A stretch of DNA of 64,000 nt from Chlorokybus atmophyticus (taxonomy: Eukaryota > Plantae > Mesostigma and Chlorokybus algae). Under the pieces are notes generated by a model, which saw only the letters and a list, made by a program, of their open reading frames with translations, had not been told where the DNA came from and did not search any database. The translations under genes and the position numbers were made by a program. This document shows, piece by piece, positions 22,044 through 34,568 of the stretch (position 1 is the stretch's first letter; every line of letters begins with the position of its first letter). The stretch lies in assembly GCA_009103225.1 (NCBI GenBank), contig RHPI01002069.1:62001-126000 (forward strand), written 5' to 3'.

Positions 22044-24861
22044 TCATCGTCCATGCACACGCCCCAACCATCCAAAGCGCGGTGCAAGCGCAAGCGCAGC
22101 CACAGCCAGCACAGCAACTGCCACAGCAGCGTTGCGCGAAGACACCCAAGGCCATAGCTGCTGCAAAGGCTTCCATCTCCGCCACCACGGCAGCACTTCT
22201 GCAATCACAAGAGATACCCATGACAACACGCCCACAACGACGTACCGAGTGAACGCGTGGTGACACCAGCAAGCATGCACAATACTGCTGGAATATCATC
22301 ACTATCAGTACAACAACCTCACCTTTATTGACTGCGGGCTTGGAGGACTTGGCAGGTGTGGCGGGAACCGGTTGCTTGCGTTCTGACAGTGCTAGTGGCT
22401 GCGGCTGTTGCTGCGGCTGCTGTTGTCGCGGCTGCGACTGCTGTTGCGGCTCCGGATGCAGTTGAAGCTGCGGTGGCTCTAATGTTGGCGAGATACCTGC
22501 GCGCGCTGCTGCAGCTGCTGCTGCTGATTGCTGGATGAGTGCTGAAACAACTAGCGCTTCCCTTATTTCGACATACCTGTGAGGGACAACATTCCCAAAC
22601 ATGAGCACCATCAACATCTGCTGCGAGTCAGCGTGAGCTCAATCAGCATTAGCCAGACCTAAGAGACTCTATGAAGGTGGAGAGAGCGGTGTCATTGCCG
22701 AAGGAGAGCACCAAACCGCCCCAGACCGCAAGCCGGTTTTCCTGTAAGCAACAACAGTCAGCAGCATCTCCGCCAGCAGGTGCAGCAGCATACATTCATG
22801 CAACATCGTCAAGGGGAACATACCCGATCATAAAGGACATTCGAGTGTAGTCCTCGTGTAGAGTATAGAAACTCGTCACCTCTGGACACCTCCAGACGGT
22901 CTGTGTCACCCGCAGTTCAAAGGACACACATACAGGCTACAGCACAAAGCACACTGTTCGCGAAAGCAAGCGCTTACACGAAGAGCAGTTGGGGCACTGG
23001 CGAGAGAACTTTGGGCTTGGCGGCTCATATCTGCATGCACAACATTCTTGTGAGGACTCCTTGCTGAAGATTGCAACAAGTAAACAGAGTTCCCAATCTG
23101 ACATTCAACAGATGACATGCTAGCTGGTATAGGCACCTTAACAGCAGCTTGATGTCTTGCTCAATAACACGCTCAGTGGCAACTCCATCAGGGATATCCT
23201 CAGATGTCTCAAACATGCACCTGTCGAATGTAACACATTTGCATGCAGGCCTTGAAGCCATCACAGCCACAAAACGTCGAAGTACCCTGTGAATAGAAAG
23301 GAAGGGCGAAAGCCACCTATGGCGCGCAGTGTATCCTCAACTTTGAAGACGCGCAGCGCGCCTGTCCAACAGGGCACACAATATGAGCGCTTACGGCAAT
23401 ACGATTGACGGAGTTGCTCAAGGTGTCGGAAAGCCAAAGAGATGACACCATTCTGCAGGGCAACTGCAGGCAGGTTTGGCATGCATGCCAGGATGTCATG
23501 TCAAGAGTATGCCTGCTATGCCTATGCTTGTTGCACTGAACCTGCCTTATTACAACAGTTGTCCTAACATGAACAACATGATACAGCACATTCTGCATTT
23601 GGTGACACTCGACAAGGGTTAGAGAAGCTCATGCTCACGTGCTGCATCAGCTTCAACTGAACGCAAGTCTTATAACGAGTTAGGGAAAAACCACAAGTTG
23701 CTGGTAAGGCATTATACCTGGCACAGTAAATATAGACGGCATGGACGCTGAATCCCATTCATCATTGTCGGACGTGTCGGACTCGCCGCCCTCACCAGTT
23801 GTAACCCTCTCCACACCTCCTAGGTCCTCCTCCTCTTCAGGTGAGGACTGTATGGAGTCACCACAGCAGCAACATCAGCAACCAGGGTACTGCGACCGTT
23901 GTTTGCTACAAATACTAGAGTTCATGCACCCATCACCCAACCGCCATGGCTTGCCTTGCGCCAACCAAGCATATGCGAGCAGTACCAGATATGTTTATGG
24001 GTGTACAAACCAATGAGTCACCCAATGCTGTACATGCGGCAATGCTGTGCATGCGTTGCTGCATTAAGTACATCTCGGCCAGCTGTTCGCACAGCTCAAA
24101 GTGAAGTATAAGATGGCAACGGTATGACTGCGCGTGCCGGTGTAAGCTACCTCTCCTCCAGTGCTGTTGCCCAAAGGATGCTCGCTGGCCGAGTCCGCCC
24201 AGCGTGGCAAAGGTGAAACAACCTGCTAAGCTCTGGTTAGCTCGTCCTCCACGCACACAACTCATCTACGATGGCAGACAATAAAATTGCTTGAAGCAAA
24301 CAGTCACTCGCAAAGGCTTGGTCCATGAGGTACAGCATCAAATCCGTCAAAACAAGAAGATGATGAACAAAAACAGACATCAACACCTGAGGTCAGATAC
24401 TTTTATGGCACAACTGTTGACAACTCAGCCAAGCGGAGCCTCGCCCGTATAAACGTGGCAGGCATGCATTGTCCACAACACGCTGTATTGCGCAGTGCCA
24501 TGCATCAACAAGTACTAAGCAAACTAGTGACAAGCTACGACGCCCTTCGCCAGCAAGCTTGACAATGTAATACTGCTAAAGTGGGACAAAGCAGAGAAGT
24601 ACATTGCGATCAAGTAGGATGACCAGAGAGTCAAACACTACCGGCTCAGCGAGCGATTCACTCTGACACACAAGATAGCTTGCCAACACACAAGATTACA
24701 CGAGTTACCTCCTCAGAAGAGCTCAGCTCCGCCCATTCAGCCCTGTCGCCAGCGTCGTCGTCGCTGCTGACGCTGCTGCTCCGCCCGCTCCTGGCACCCT
24801 GTTCCTCCTCCTCCCCCCTGGCGCTCGACATCCCGCCCCGATCCTCCTTGACATCATCCAT
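22044..24861 (-). CDS. Unknown multi-exon protein: acidic N-terminus, Gln-rich linker, C-terminal membrane anchor
   Basis: First exon MDDVKEDRGG..SSEE with GT donor; acidic exon SSPEEEEDLGG..; spliced GDEFLYSTRGLHSNVLYDR|ENRLAVWGGLVLSFG..|YVEIREAL..PQQQ..|EVLPWWRRW..NAAVAVAVLAVAALALAPRFGWLGRVHGR*. Middle exons were not fully resolved. Confidence 0.55.
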
Positions 24862-25710
24862 CTAGCAACCCTCTCCCTCTCGCTCTCCCCCCAACCCTCC
24901 CCTGTTCCGCACGCCCCTCCTCCCTCCCACGTCCTCCCNCGACCAGGTCCTTGTTCACCATTTAGGACCAGGATCACACCACCGGCCCTGACCTAACTAC
25001 ACGCAGCGCCTAAGGGATGAGGCCGAAATCGGGAGGAACCAAATCTGCAGCATGCCAGAATTTGTTAACATGTTAGTCTTGATTCGCCAGCAGAAGGTAC
25101 AAGCAGGACGGACCTACCCATTTGGTCCTTCCCCCCCCGCCACCACCACCACCACCACCGCCCCCGCCACCGCCTCGCTCCCTCACCCGGCTGCTTGATT
25201 GCCACATCAGCTTGCCTTTGGCAGGACAACACACGGATCAACGCGGATCACCATTGATTACTTGCTATCGTCAGTGTTGCCAGTGAACGTGACACTGGCA
25301 GCGATCGCCAATGGTTGCAAGCCGGGCTCACTGATCTCAAGGGCGTTCACCTGTTCGCCAATTCTGCCGCATCCAACTGGTCACGGAACACACTTCACTG
25401 AGCGTTGTGATCACGGCTCAACAACCTCATGGCGGACTCTGGCAGAGGCGACGGCGACGGCGGTTGTGGTATCGACGCAGTGGTCGTTGCTGTAATTTCT
25501 GTCAGCATTGTGTTGCAGCAAGCAGTGTGTGTCTAACCTCCTTCGCCCGCTCTTGTGGACTTATTTTTCCTCGCTTGGTCGAGCTGTAGGTCGACCAGCC
25601 AGCTCCTGACACGCTGATTTCCAGGCAGTAGTAGCGCTGTCTTTAAACCCTAGGCGGATTGTCAGCCAAAGTATTGTGTAGATCAAGCTTTCTGCTTGGC
25701 ATACTGTACT

Positions 25711-28044
25711 ATGGCTTCGAAGAGACGCATGGAAGAGGATGATGAAGGAGGTGAGACTATACACATGTCATTTGGTTGGAAGGATGCCATGTCAGACGTA
25801 CAGAACGGTATTATGGCTATTACAAGCACATCATAATGGTGATCCACGTACGAGTGTACAGCTGTCACATTATGCTGAGTAGACCATGCCCTTGCGCGTG
25901 CATGCCTTGTGTCACACGCAGTGTCAGCCAAGCATGCGTTGCTGTCCTCAGGGAGGACAGCAACGCATGCTTTTGTGTTTAGCCAAAATGCGTACTTGAT
26001 GGACCTTGATGCTGTGCTGTTGATGGCAACTGCTGCTTGTGTTGAATCCGCATGGCCTGAGGGACACTCTGCTACGTGCAGATGATGAGCACGAGAAGCG
26101 TCCTCGTCACAGCTCGCCGCGAGGTCACGAGGTGGTGTTCAGGCTGCTGTGCCCGTGCAGCAAGACGGGGGCGTTGATCGGCAAGGGCGGAGCGACGATT
26201 GCGCAATTGAGAGAGGACACTGGCGCTCGCATCCGCGTGGAGGACCTCGTCCCGAACTGTGATGAACGCGTTGTCAACATTTCAGGCACTGATCCCAAAC
26301 CAGACGCTGAGGATGCTTGGACTCCAGCGCAAGAGGTTTGCACACATCATATTCCACACATGTTGCTAGGTTGGGTAGCAAGTGCACAAGGGGTTACACA
26401 TGCTACAATACTAGAACATGCCACAATGCTGGGAAAGCATGCAGACACTACGTACACATGCTACCCAACCTATCGGTAGTAGCATATGTCATAGTATGCA
26501 CATGCTACTCACCACGAACAATGTTTCTGTTATAAACTGAATAGCTTTGCTGTTGCTCCCAGCTGCTGAGCTTGCTGAAGTAACTTCAGGAAGCGCCTCC
26601 TGAATTATGTGTGCAATGCAGGCGCTGTTGCGGGTCTTTGCAAAACTGTGTGACGAGGGCGCTACAGACATGGCCGAGGACGGCCAGCACGAAGCTGGTC
26701 GGGACTCGGATTCAGCCACAGCCCGGCTGGTTATATCGTCATCGCAGGTGGGCTGCCTTCTGGGCAAAGGCGGCAGCGTCATATCGCAGATGCGTGAGTC
26801 GTCTGGCGCGTCCATCCGCATCCTCCCAAGGGATCAAGCACCGGCGTGCGTACAGCATGGCGATGAGCTGCTCCAAGTAAGAGCTACTGATGCGGAGCTC
26901 ATTACATTTGCACAGCGTTGTTTTGTCATGACATCACTCTGCATCAATCTGACGTAGTGTTGACTTATGCGGCTTGCAGTCCATAGCGCAAACCTGAAGA
27001 CTTTGCTGTGTGTATGTGCTGTTGTTATTTAGACAAACAATCTTCTCGCAGGTCAGTGGGTCAGCTGCGGCTGTGCAGATGGCGCTCAGAGCTGTTTCCA
27101 TGCGGCTGCGTAGCAACCCGCCAAAGCCAGCGCGAGGCGGGCGCGAAGCGCATGCACGACGTGTGGAAGGAGGAGACTCGTTGCCTACTGCAGGCAGTGA
27201 AGTTCTGTTCCGCGTGCTGTTGGCATCATCTGCTGTGGGAGGCATCATTGGCAAAGGAGGCTCAATGGTCCAGTCAATACGCGATGAAACCGGCGCACGC
27301 ATAAAGATCCCAGAGGGCGTGCAAGGCTGCGAAGAGCGCGTGGCGGTGATAAGTGGCAATGAAGAGCCGGGAGCTCCCTACTCACCCGCGCAAGAGGGCC
27401 TGTTCCGAGTTGTGCATCGGATGGCGCAGACAGAGTCCACCAGGAACGCTGCAGAGTTCGTCGTAAGGATGCTCATTCCCTCCACGCAAGTGGGGTGCAT
27501 ACTCGGGCGAGGCGGCAACGTCATACGCCAGCTGCGAGAACAGAGCGGCGCCACCATCAAGATTGCCGCTCAAGGCCAGCTGCCGGCAGTTGCATCTGAG
27601 GGTGATGAGCTGCTGCAGCTGTCGGGCAACTTTTCTTCCGTCATGACCGCGCTTGGCAATGTTGCATTCAGGTTACGAACCGCTTCCCTTCCCGGTAGCG
27701 TGCCCACTTTCGTCAACGAGGATGGCGTTGAGCTGCTTGAGAATGGTTTACCCAACATGGCATCATATGACTTCCACACGGGGGCGCCAGCTGTCCACAT
27801 CCTGTCCACTGTGTACTTGCAAGTGCAGAGCGGGGCCATTGCGGCAGTCATGGCTCAGGCGGGTGCCCATTTGCAAGAGGTGAGAGACGTGTCCGGTGCC
27901 AAAGTGCGACTGAGGGAACAGACTGGGCCTTCCCATCAACGCGTGGTTGAGATAATGGGCACACCTGACCAGACAATCAGCGCACAGCAGCTCATGCAAG
28001 CCTTCCTTGTGACGGCTGCAGCCAACATAGCCTCTAGCAAATAG
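25711..28044 (+). CDS. Multi-KH-domain RNA-binding protein (HEN4/RCF3/FLK-like, 5 KH)
   Basis: GxxG loops LIGKGG, LLGKGG, IIGKGG, ILGRGG plus a degenerate fifth KH. First exon MASKRRMEEDDEG at 25711. Confidence 0.92.
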
Positions 28045-28303
28045 CAGTGACAGCAGAACGGCGCAGCGCGTTCATGGCAAGGGTTGAATGAACAGAATTA
28101 AGTTGGCATGTCATGACTGGCTGCAGACTGCTGATGCACAAATCACTACCTACAGTGATTTGGTCGTAAGCACTTTCAACGGTTGTGCCATGTCACACAA
28201 CAGCATGCGTTGGTCATTACAGCATCAGCGATGCTGTCATGAGCGAGCAGCCACCATAAGAGCAGACTAGCATTTTACAGTGCTGCACAAACCACCACTG
28301 ACA

Positions 28304-28560
28304 ACATGCATATGCAAGGACAATGCGAAGACACTGGCAATACAATAGCAGCTAGCAGCAACAGCAATCGCTACACAACATCACAAGCCACCAAGCACTG
28401 CCTAGCCCTATTGGCAATAGGGCTAGGGAGTGGGCGTAGTTCATGTTAGTGCAAGAATGATACAAGCAAGATAGCAGTGCGCTGGGTCCCACAGCTGCAC
28501 GCTCAAGGCAAGAAGGAAGCAGCAGCTCCTCACCTGAGCAAGCAGCGCCACAGTTAGAAA
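28304..28560 (-). repeat. Dispersed repeat, copy B, containing a perfect 11-bp-stem hairpin (28402-28426)
   Basis: Reverse complement aligns to 3012-3266; hairpin CTAGCCCTATT-GGC-AATAGGGCTAG. Confidence 0.8.
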
Positions 28561-28587
28561 TCGCATGTCGCTGGCACATCCCCCCCC

Positions 28588-29224
28588 NNNNNNNNNNNNN
28601 NNNNNNNNNNNNNNNNNNNNNNNNNNNNNNNNNNNNNNNNNNNNNNNNNNNNNNNNNNNNNNNNNNNNNNNNNNNNNNNNNNNNNNNNNNNNNNNNNNNN
28701 NNNNNNNNNNNNNNNNNNNNNNNNNNNNNNNNNNNNNNNNNNNNNNNNNNNNNNNNNNNNNNNNNNNNNNNNNNNNNNNNNNNNNNNNNNNNNNNNNNNN
28801 NNNNNNNNNNNNNNNNNNNNNNNNNNNNNNNNNNNNNNNNNNNNNNNNNNNNNNNNNNNNNNNNNNNNNNNNNNNNNNNNNNNNNNNNNNNNNNNNNNNN
28901 NNNNNNNNNNNNNNNNNNNNNNNNNNNNNNNNNNNNNNNNNNNNNNNNNNNNNNNNNNNNNNNNNNNNNNNNNNNNNNNNNNNNNNNNNNNNNNNNNNNN
29001 NNNNNNNNNNNNNNNNNNNNNNNNNNNNNNNNNNNNNNNNNNNNNNNNNNNNNNNNNNNNNNNNNNNNNNNNNNNNNNNNNNNNNNNNNNNNNNNNNNNN
29101 NNNNNNNNNNNNNNNNNNNNNNNNNNNNNNNNNNNNNNNNNNNNNNNNNNNNNNNNNNNNNNNNNNNNNNNNNNNNNNNNNNNNNNNNNNNNNNNNNNNN
29201 NNNNNNNNNNNNNNNNNNNNNNNN
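28588..29224. other. Assembly gap (N run) flanked by poly-C
   Basis: 637 N. Confidence 1.
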
Positions 29225-31015
29225 CCCCTTGCATCCATGTGTTGACACATGACACATGGATGATTGTTGTTCCGTGTTGGCCACAAACATGTTTCTGTTC
29301 GTTGACATCAGGTATAACTCACACTTGCTGTCAATATGATACACACGTATACAGCTGGTCTTGACATCATCAACTTGAATAATCATACACGCGCTGCTCA
29401 CGCAAGTGAGGCACCGTATCTTTGACGCTCTCCCTTGTTTGCTGTGACGCTGAGGGGCCTAGCACGCTCTTGTGTTTATTACTTGCTGCCTTGCTTGCTG
29501 CTAACACTAACTTATACTGACGGCCCTAGACACTGCTGGTTGCACACCATGCATGCTGCCACAGCAGCATATCCCTTTTGTTCACTGTTCAGTTTGCTTT
29601 GCCGTTGCAGTGGTTTGAGGTTGTTGTATTGTGTTGAGTCTGTTGTCGTTGGCTTGTGCCACAATCTTTTGCATATACACAGGTGCACCCATATTCCGGT
29701 ATGCGACTATACATAGCTGTGATCTTGGCCACGTAGTTAACTATGATGATTGCATGGTCAGTGTTGTCGGCACCAACAGAACCACGCCTTGCTGGCAGGT
29801 AAACACACGACGGCCATATATAACACACAAGAGTTGCGTGTAGCATACTCCGAAGTATAGGATAGAACACCATGCACATGCATGCACGCATGACTTACAG
29901 GGTTGGGCTGTGGCGGTAGTGGTGGGTAGGCTAGTACAAAGAGGTAGGTCAAGCCGGTGATGGTGCGTACGTTGGTGTTAAATAAGTTTGCGTCGTGTAG
30001 TCGTACAGGATGGCATGGAAAGCATGTTGAACGTGTGCGAAGCATTTTGCATGCATGCATCGTTGCGTTGCATAGCCTGTATGCGCAGGTGCACCAGTAT
30101 GCGACCATGGACACCTTGTACCCGCACCACACCACCACTTGCATTGCATCTAGCGGGCTATAGTTGTATATTTGTACTTTTATACTGATTGCGTTTGAGC
30201 GTTGATAATGCATTGACAAACATAGTGCACACAAAGTGCAGTTGTTTAAGTTAGTGACTGCGAGCCCCGAATTGTGCAGACAATGTGTTTTTGTTGTGCA
30301 ATATAAGAGCCTGTTGCATAGCAAATTGTAAGCTACGCGTGATGCAACATGTAATGATGTGATCAAATTTTAATCGGATTTTGACTTGACAGTGACTTGA
30401 CATTGTTGTTGTTCAAGTCAACTTTGATGATTGGGTTTTTATATGCTTTATTTACCACTGAGTGTCGTTGACGCATAGCGCTTGCGCTTTAGCGCACAAG
30501 CCATTGAACATGTTATATGTTATTTTAAGATCTATAGATTGTTTACCGGTGCTGTCTGTGGGCATGCGCTATGCGGAATTATGCAAAGCGATTGCATCGG
30601 CCTTCAATGCAGATTGTGCCTTGCCCACGACACTGTAACTTATACAAAAACAATGATGTATCGGGTACACATTGTGGACAAATACCCGCCTGATGTCATA
30701 GTTGGTTGTGTGTGCTGTTGTGGCCATACTTTATGTTGTTGAGCCCCTGGCAATACTTAGTCCCAAAGCTGCTTAAACTTATTAGGAGTCGATATCGTGT
30801 GCAAAGCAAGCGCAACATTAATGGCAAGCCACCAACTCAACTTTTGGAACAAGAGTGCGCCATGCTATAAAAGTACCTTTAAAATTATAGCGTCCTCATG
30901 TGAGATTTGAAATTGATGATATACACATCGCATAGCTGCATTGTGATTAGATTTTCGCCATCATTGCAAGCTATTAATCATTACACTTAGCACCATGCAT
31001 TACATTAAGCACCAT

Positions 31016-31419
31016 GCAGGGCCAGCCGTATTAACACCAACCCTAACAGTGCACACAAAACAGCACAACAGGTCCAGAACGAAGGACTAGCGGCAGGGGA
31101 GGGGGATGGGGTGGCGGATGGGGTGGCGTAGTGGCACACACGGCACTGCACGTCATTGCACAGCGCCTGTACCTACCTCCTCCACACCCGGCCTAACAAG
31201 CTCTCGTGGTTCCCAACAGGTTGGCTACCCTACTTGCTGCACTGCTTCATCCCATCACACAGCACATAGGGCACGTACTTAAGAGCTAGGAAGAACCCGG
31301 GGTGGTGTTAATCAACTGTATGTGGGCTGCTGTTGTATGTGCCTGACGTGCGTGGATGCTGCTGCTATAGGACACAACATGCCTGTGCACGTGTGACTAT
31401 ACGGTCTATACCCTATGCA
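31016..31419 (+). repeat. 5' direct repeat (pseudo-LTR / partial tandem copy of the element 3' end)
   Basis: About 96% identical by eye to 34993-35396. Confidence 0.92.
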
Positions 31420-34101
31420 CTTCGCCCCGGATTCTAGTGCAGGAAGGAGGGATGGCGCAAGCCTACCCGCCCTCTCATTGCCGGGTGCCAATCCTTGGTG
31501 CATGCACCTTAGATTACTAGGTGGTGTGCCTGCCACTGCACAGTTAGGGTTTGCTGGGTTGTATATGTTAGTGGATTCGTGTGGAGCTGCTAGCACGCTG
31601 TGTGTTGATGTTCCCCCGATTAGTGCCATACATCTCATATGTAGACGCATTCATGTAGACAGGGACCGGACTACCAAGGACAATATGTCGCAAGATTGGG
31701 AGGAGCATAAAAAAACGATTTGCAGAGCCCACTACCAGCTGAACCTACCAGCCGTCAACAACCTGCGCCGCAAAAGAGCTAAGCACCTGGCTGACAATAC
31801 TGCTTTGAGCCCTATTAATAATACACATGTCATATATGTGATGTATCAATTGCGTGGGGAGAAAGCATGTATGTTGGCTTGTCGTGCAACTCAGCTTTTG
31901 CTCGGTTTAAGCAGCATGCGCAGAAATGCAACACAGCGGAAGCTACACCATTGGAGAAAGCTTTGCGAGGAGCTAGCAGCAGTCACTGGGGTATCTCACC
32001 AGTAGAACACATACCTCAACCACCAGAGATGGACGGCATGCAATGGCGGAAACTAGCGAGGACGCAAGTGTTGTTTTGGATCCATCTGCTACAAACGCAA
32101 GCCCTCAGAGGATTCAATTAGGAGCCGCGAGACCTGCGAAGAACAAGAACTGCCTACACACGCGTATGTGTTGCTGAGAACACGCGCCTTGCCGTATAGA
32201 AATGAAGCACCTGCCAACAACAACCAAGTCAGGCATTATGCGTACAGAGACTACGGAAGACGCCTACGCTGCCTGCAGGTATGCATGATACAACGACGGT
32301 TCAGCATTAGCCAGCTGTTGCAGTACGACAGACGTAATCTTCAGCGTATGCTCAGCCTTTTTAAGAAATCTACGCCACGGGACCTTGGCCTCTAAACCGG
32401 CAAAATCACGTGCCATACACGGCGCTTTGACCAGAGCCATACTGACCTTCCCGAGGCCGCCCAGCAACGCCACTCACATGCTAATTATCTGCAAGTTCTT
32501 GGGAGTGGGAGCAAACGCACTTTATTTGCAAGCGTCCAGTACAGCGGCACAAGCAGCACTACCTCAACACCTGCGACGGATGTCAAGAGACCCACTAGCT
32601 GGATGTACAATAAAACATCAACCAAATCATTGTGTAACCGCTCTTCGGTTGTCACATGTGTGACCGTACAAGAGCAGGCGCAGGCTATGTCGTATGGCAA
32701 CTGCAACACAATATTATACAGACCATACAACAACCCAGCGCTGAGCCACGTCGTGACATGCGACTTCAGCATAGCCAGGTTACAGGCGGTGGCAGAATTG
32801 ATGGGGAGAGGCACAAAGTTCAAGATGCCAGCGTTGGCAACAATGGAAGCAAGCTTGCGAGCACTCACAAGAACACTATACCGGTGGGCAAAAAGACAAG
32901 AAGCCAGACACAACCAGCCAGAGTTGCTCAGGCCGTGGGTACATGCAGTACTGGACAACCTGCAGCAACAAGCAGCAGCAGCGCCACCACCACCAGCAAC
33001 CAACAACAACCCTACCATGACGGTGATGGACAACACAATTATTGGCTACCTACACCACGCCTTTGTCGTAACCCAGGTGGACAAGTGTGCGGGCACATAT
33101 GCAATGGTGTGCAAGCGGTATTACTTGCAATGCCTCACAACAGAATTGGCCACGCCTACGTACAAGTTGTGGGAGCAATCAGCGCAGCAAGTCATCGCAG
33201 CACACGCCAAGTTCAATGCTCACCACGGCTTTAAACATCGCCCATACGGGTCAACCCCCAAGTTACCACACCTCTACCTTACTGCCAAGCTAAACAAAGC
33301 ACCCCCCAAACTGAGGTTTATAGCGGCAGCATACAACGCTCTCAGACGTCTCTATCTGGCTAACCAACGTATACAAGTGCTGCGCACCTATCCTACACGA
33401 CATTTAGGCTGACAGTGTACAGGACCCAAGCGTCAGAACATGCTGGATCTTGAAGGACTCCATGGGCTTTGACCATCTCCAGAACTACCACAATACAATA
33501 AGAGCACAACAAGACAAGCCAGACTTCCTCAACATGCGGACCTACGACTTCACGACGTTGTAGACCAACAACAACAACAACTTACAGCCCGAAGACCTGG
33601 TGGATAACATAGCAGAAGTTATGCGTGAAGTCTTTGCCTATCAGCTACGACATTGGAGGGCAACCACTCTGCACGTCACCGTTAATGCTGGAGTGGTCGC
33701 ACACAGATGGGCGACAGGCTCTACAATCATTGCAACGCAAGGGACGACCAAGGTCTTCACAGAAGGGTGGTTGGATGTGCTATTGCGCTATGTCTGTGCC
33801 AATCTGTGCGTACAAACAGCACAAGACAGAATCCACAGGCAACGCATAGGGATACCAATGGGGAATAACGCGGGGGTTTACTTGCCGAACATGGACCCGT
33901 ACGCACGAGCTGAGGTGGCTGAGACAACTACGCCCCCCGGTGGACAGACCCCTGTTCCTGAAGCTGGTGTCCAGGATAGTACGATTCGTTGATAACCTCC
34001 TCGTCATCGACATACCAGAGTTCATGTACATGTCAGAGACAGCGCTGGGGAGAGGCATCTATCCTGCTCACATGCTCATGCTGGTCCAAACATCCACAGG
34101 C

Positions 34102-34568
34102 TGTAACGGGAAGGTACATTACATTACCACAAATCGGCCATAAATGTACCAAGTGTTTTGTGGTTTAGTGGGCTGTGACATTGGTCATCGGAGCTTGAGG
34201 CCCGGGTTCGATTCCTGCCTTGCACACGAATTCCGCGGTCGTTATTTCTCGATCCAATAACATCGTAAATGGTCACTTCATAAGTGCCGTCATCGATGGG
34301 TCGCAACTATCGCGGCGACGCGACCTGTGGGGCCAGCAGCGGCGCGCTATGCGCGCGCTGACCGGTATGGGCCTAAATTGGCCGGTCCTTGTGCTGTGGG
34401 GCCGGTGACCGACCCTAGCAAACCCCTGGGGTAATTCCCCAGCTGAGCGGGCAGCTGCCGTGGACGTCAGCGTTCTTAAGTGGGGGGAATGTAACGGGAA
34501 GGTACATTAAATTACCACAAATCGACCATAAAAGCACCAAGTCTTTTGTGGTCAAGTGGATTGTGACA
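34102..34568 (+). mobile_element. TRIM (miniature non-autonomous LTR retrotransposon) inserted in the PLE RT
   Basis: 79-bp LTRs TGTAAC..GTGACA at 34102-34180 and 34490-34568 (9 mismatches). PBS TGGTCATCGGAGC right after LTR1. [15 protein letters not shown] before LTR2. TSD CAGGC at 34097-34101 and 34569-34573. Excision restores the RT frame LVQTSTG-TAIHFLDILV. Confidence 0.93.
34161..34215 (+). promoter_or_regulatory. Candidate type-2 Pol III promoter: A box TGGTTTAGTGG (34161-34171), B box GGTTCGATTCC (34205-34215)
   Basis: Both boxes match tRNA consensus. A-to-B offset is 44 nt, as in tRNAs. The flanking GAGGCCCGGGTTCGATTCC resembles the tRNA-Gly variable loop and T arm. Confidence 0.65.

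Noticed and set aside
23741-24016. Ser-rich plus-strand ORF
   Set aside because: Antisense shadow of an acidic exon of the minus-strand gene.
25015-25035. Hammerhead-like GATGAGGCCGAAA
   Set aside because: Lacks the CU of the core and a closed stem II.
28352-29401. Long ORFs containing X runs (also 43511-44127)
   Set aside because: Artefacts of translating N gaps.
31016-31419. Hammerhead ribozyme in the PLE repeats (GTCC..GGAC stem at about 31076-31087)
   Set aside because: No CUGANGA or GAAA core on either strand.
34154-34225. Functional tRNA gene
   Set aside because: A and B boxes and a partial T arm are present, but there is no acceptor-stem pairing or 7-nt anticodon loop; treated as a tRNA-derived promoter.
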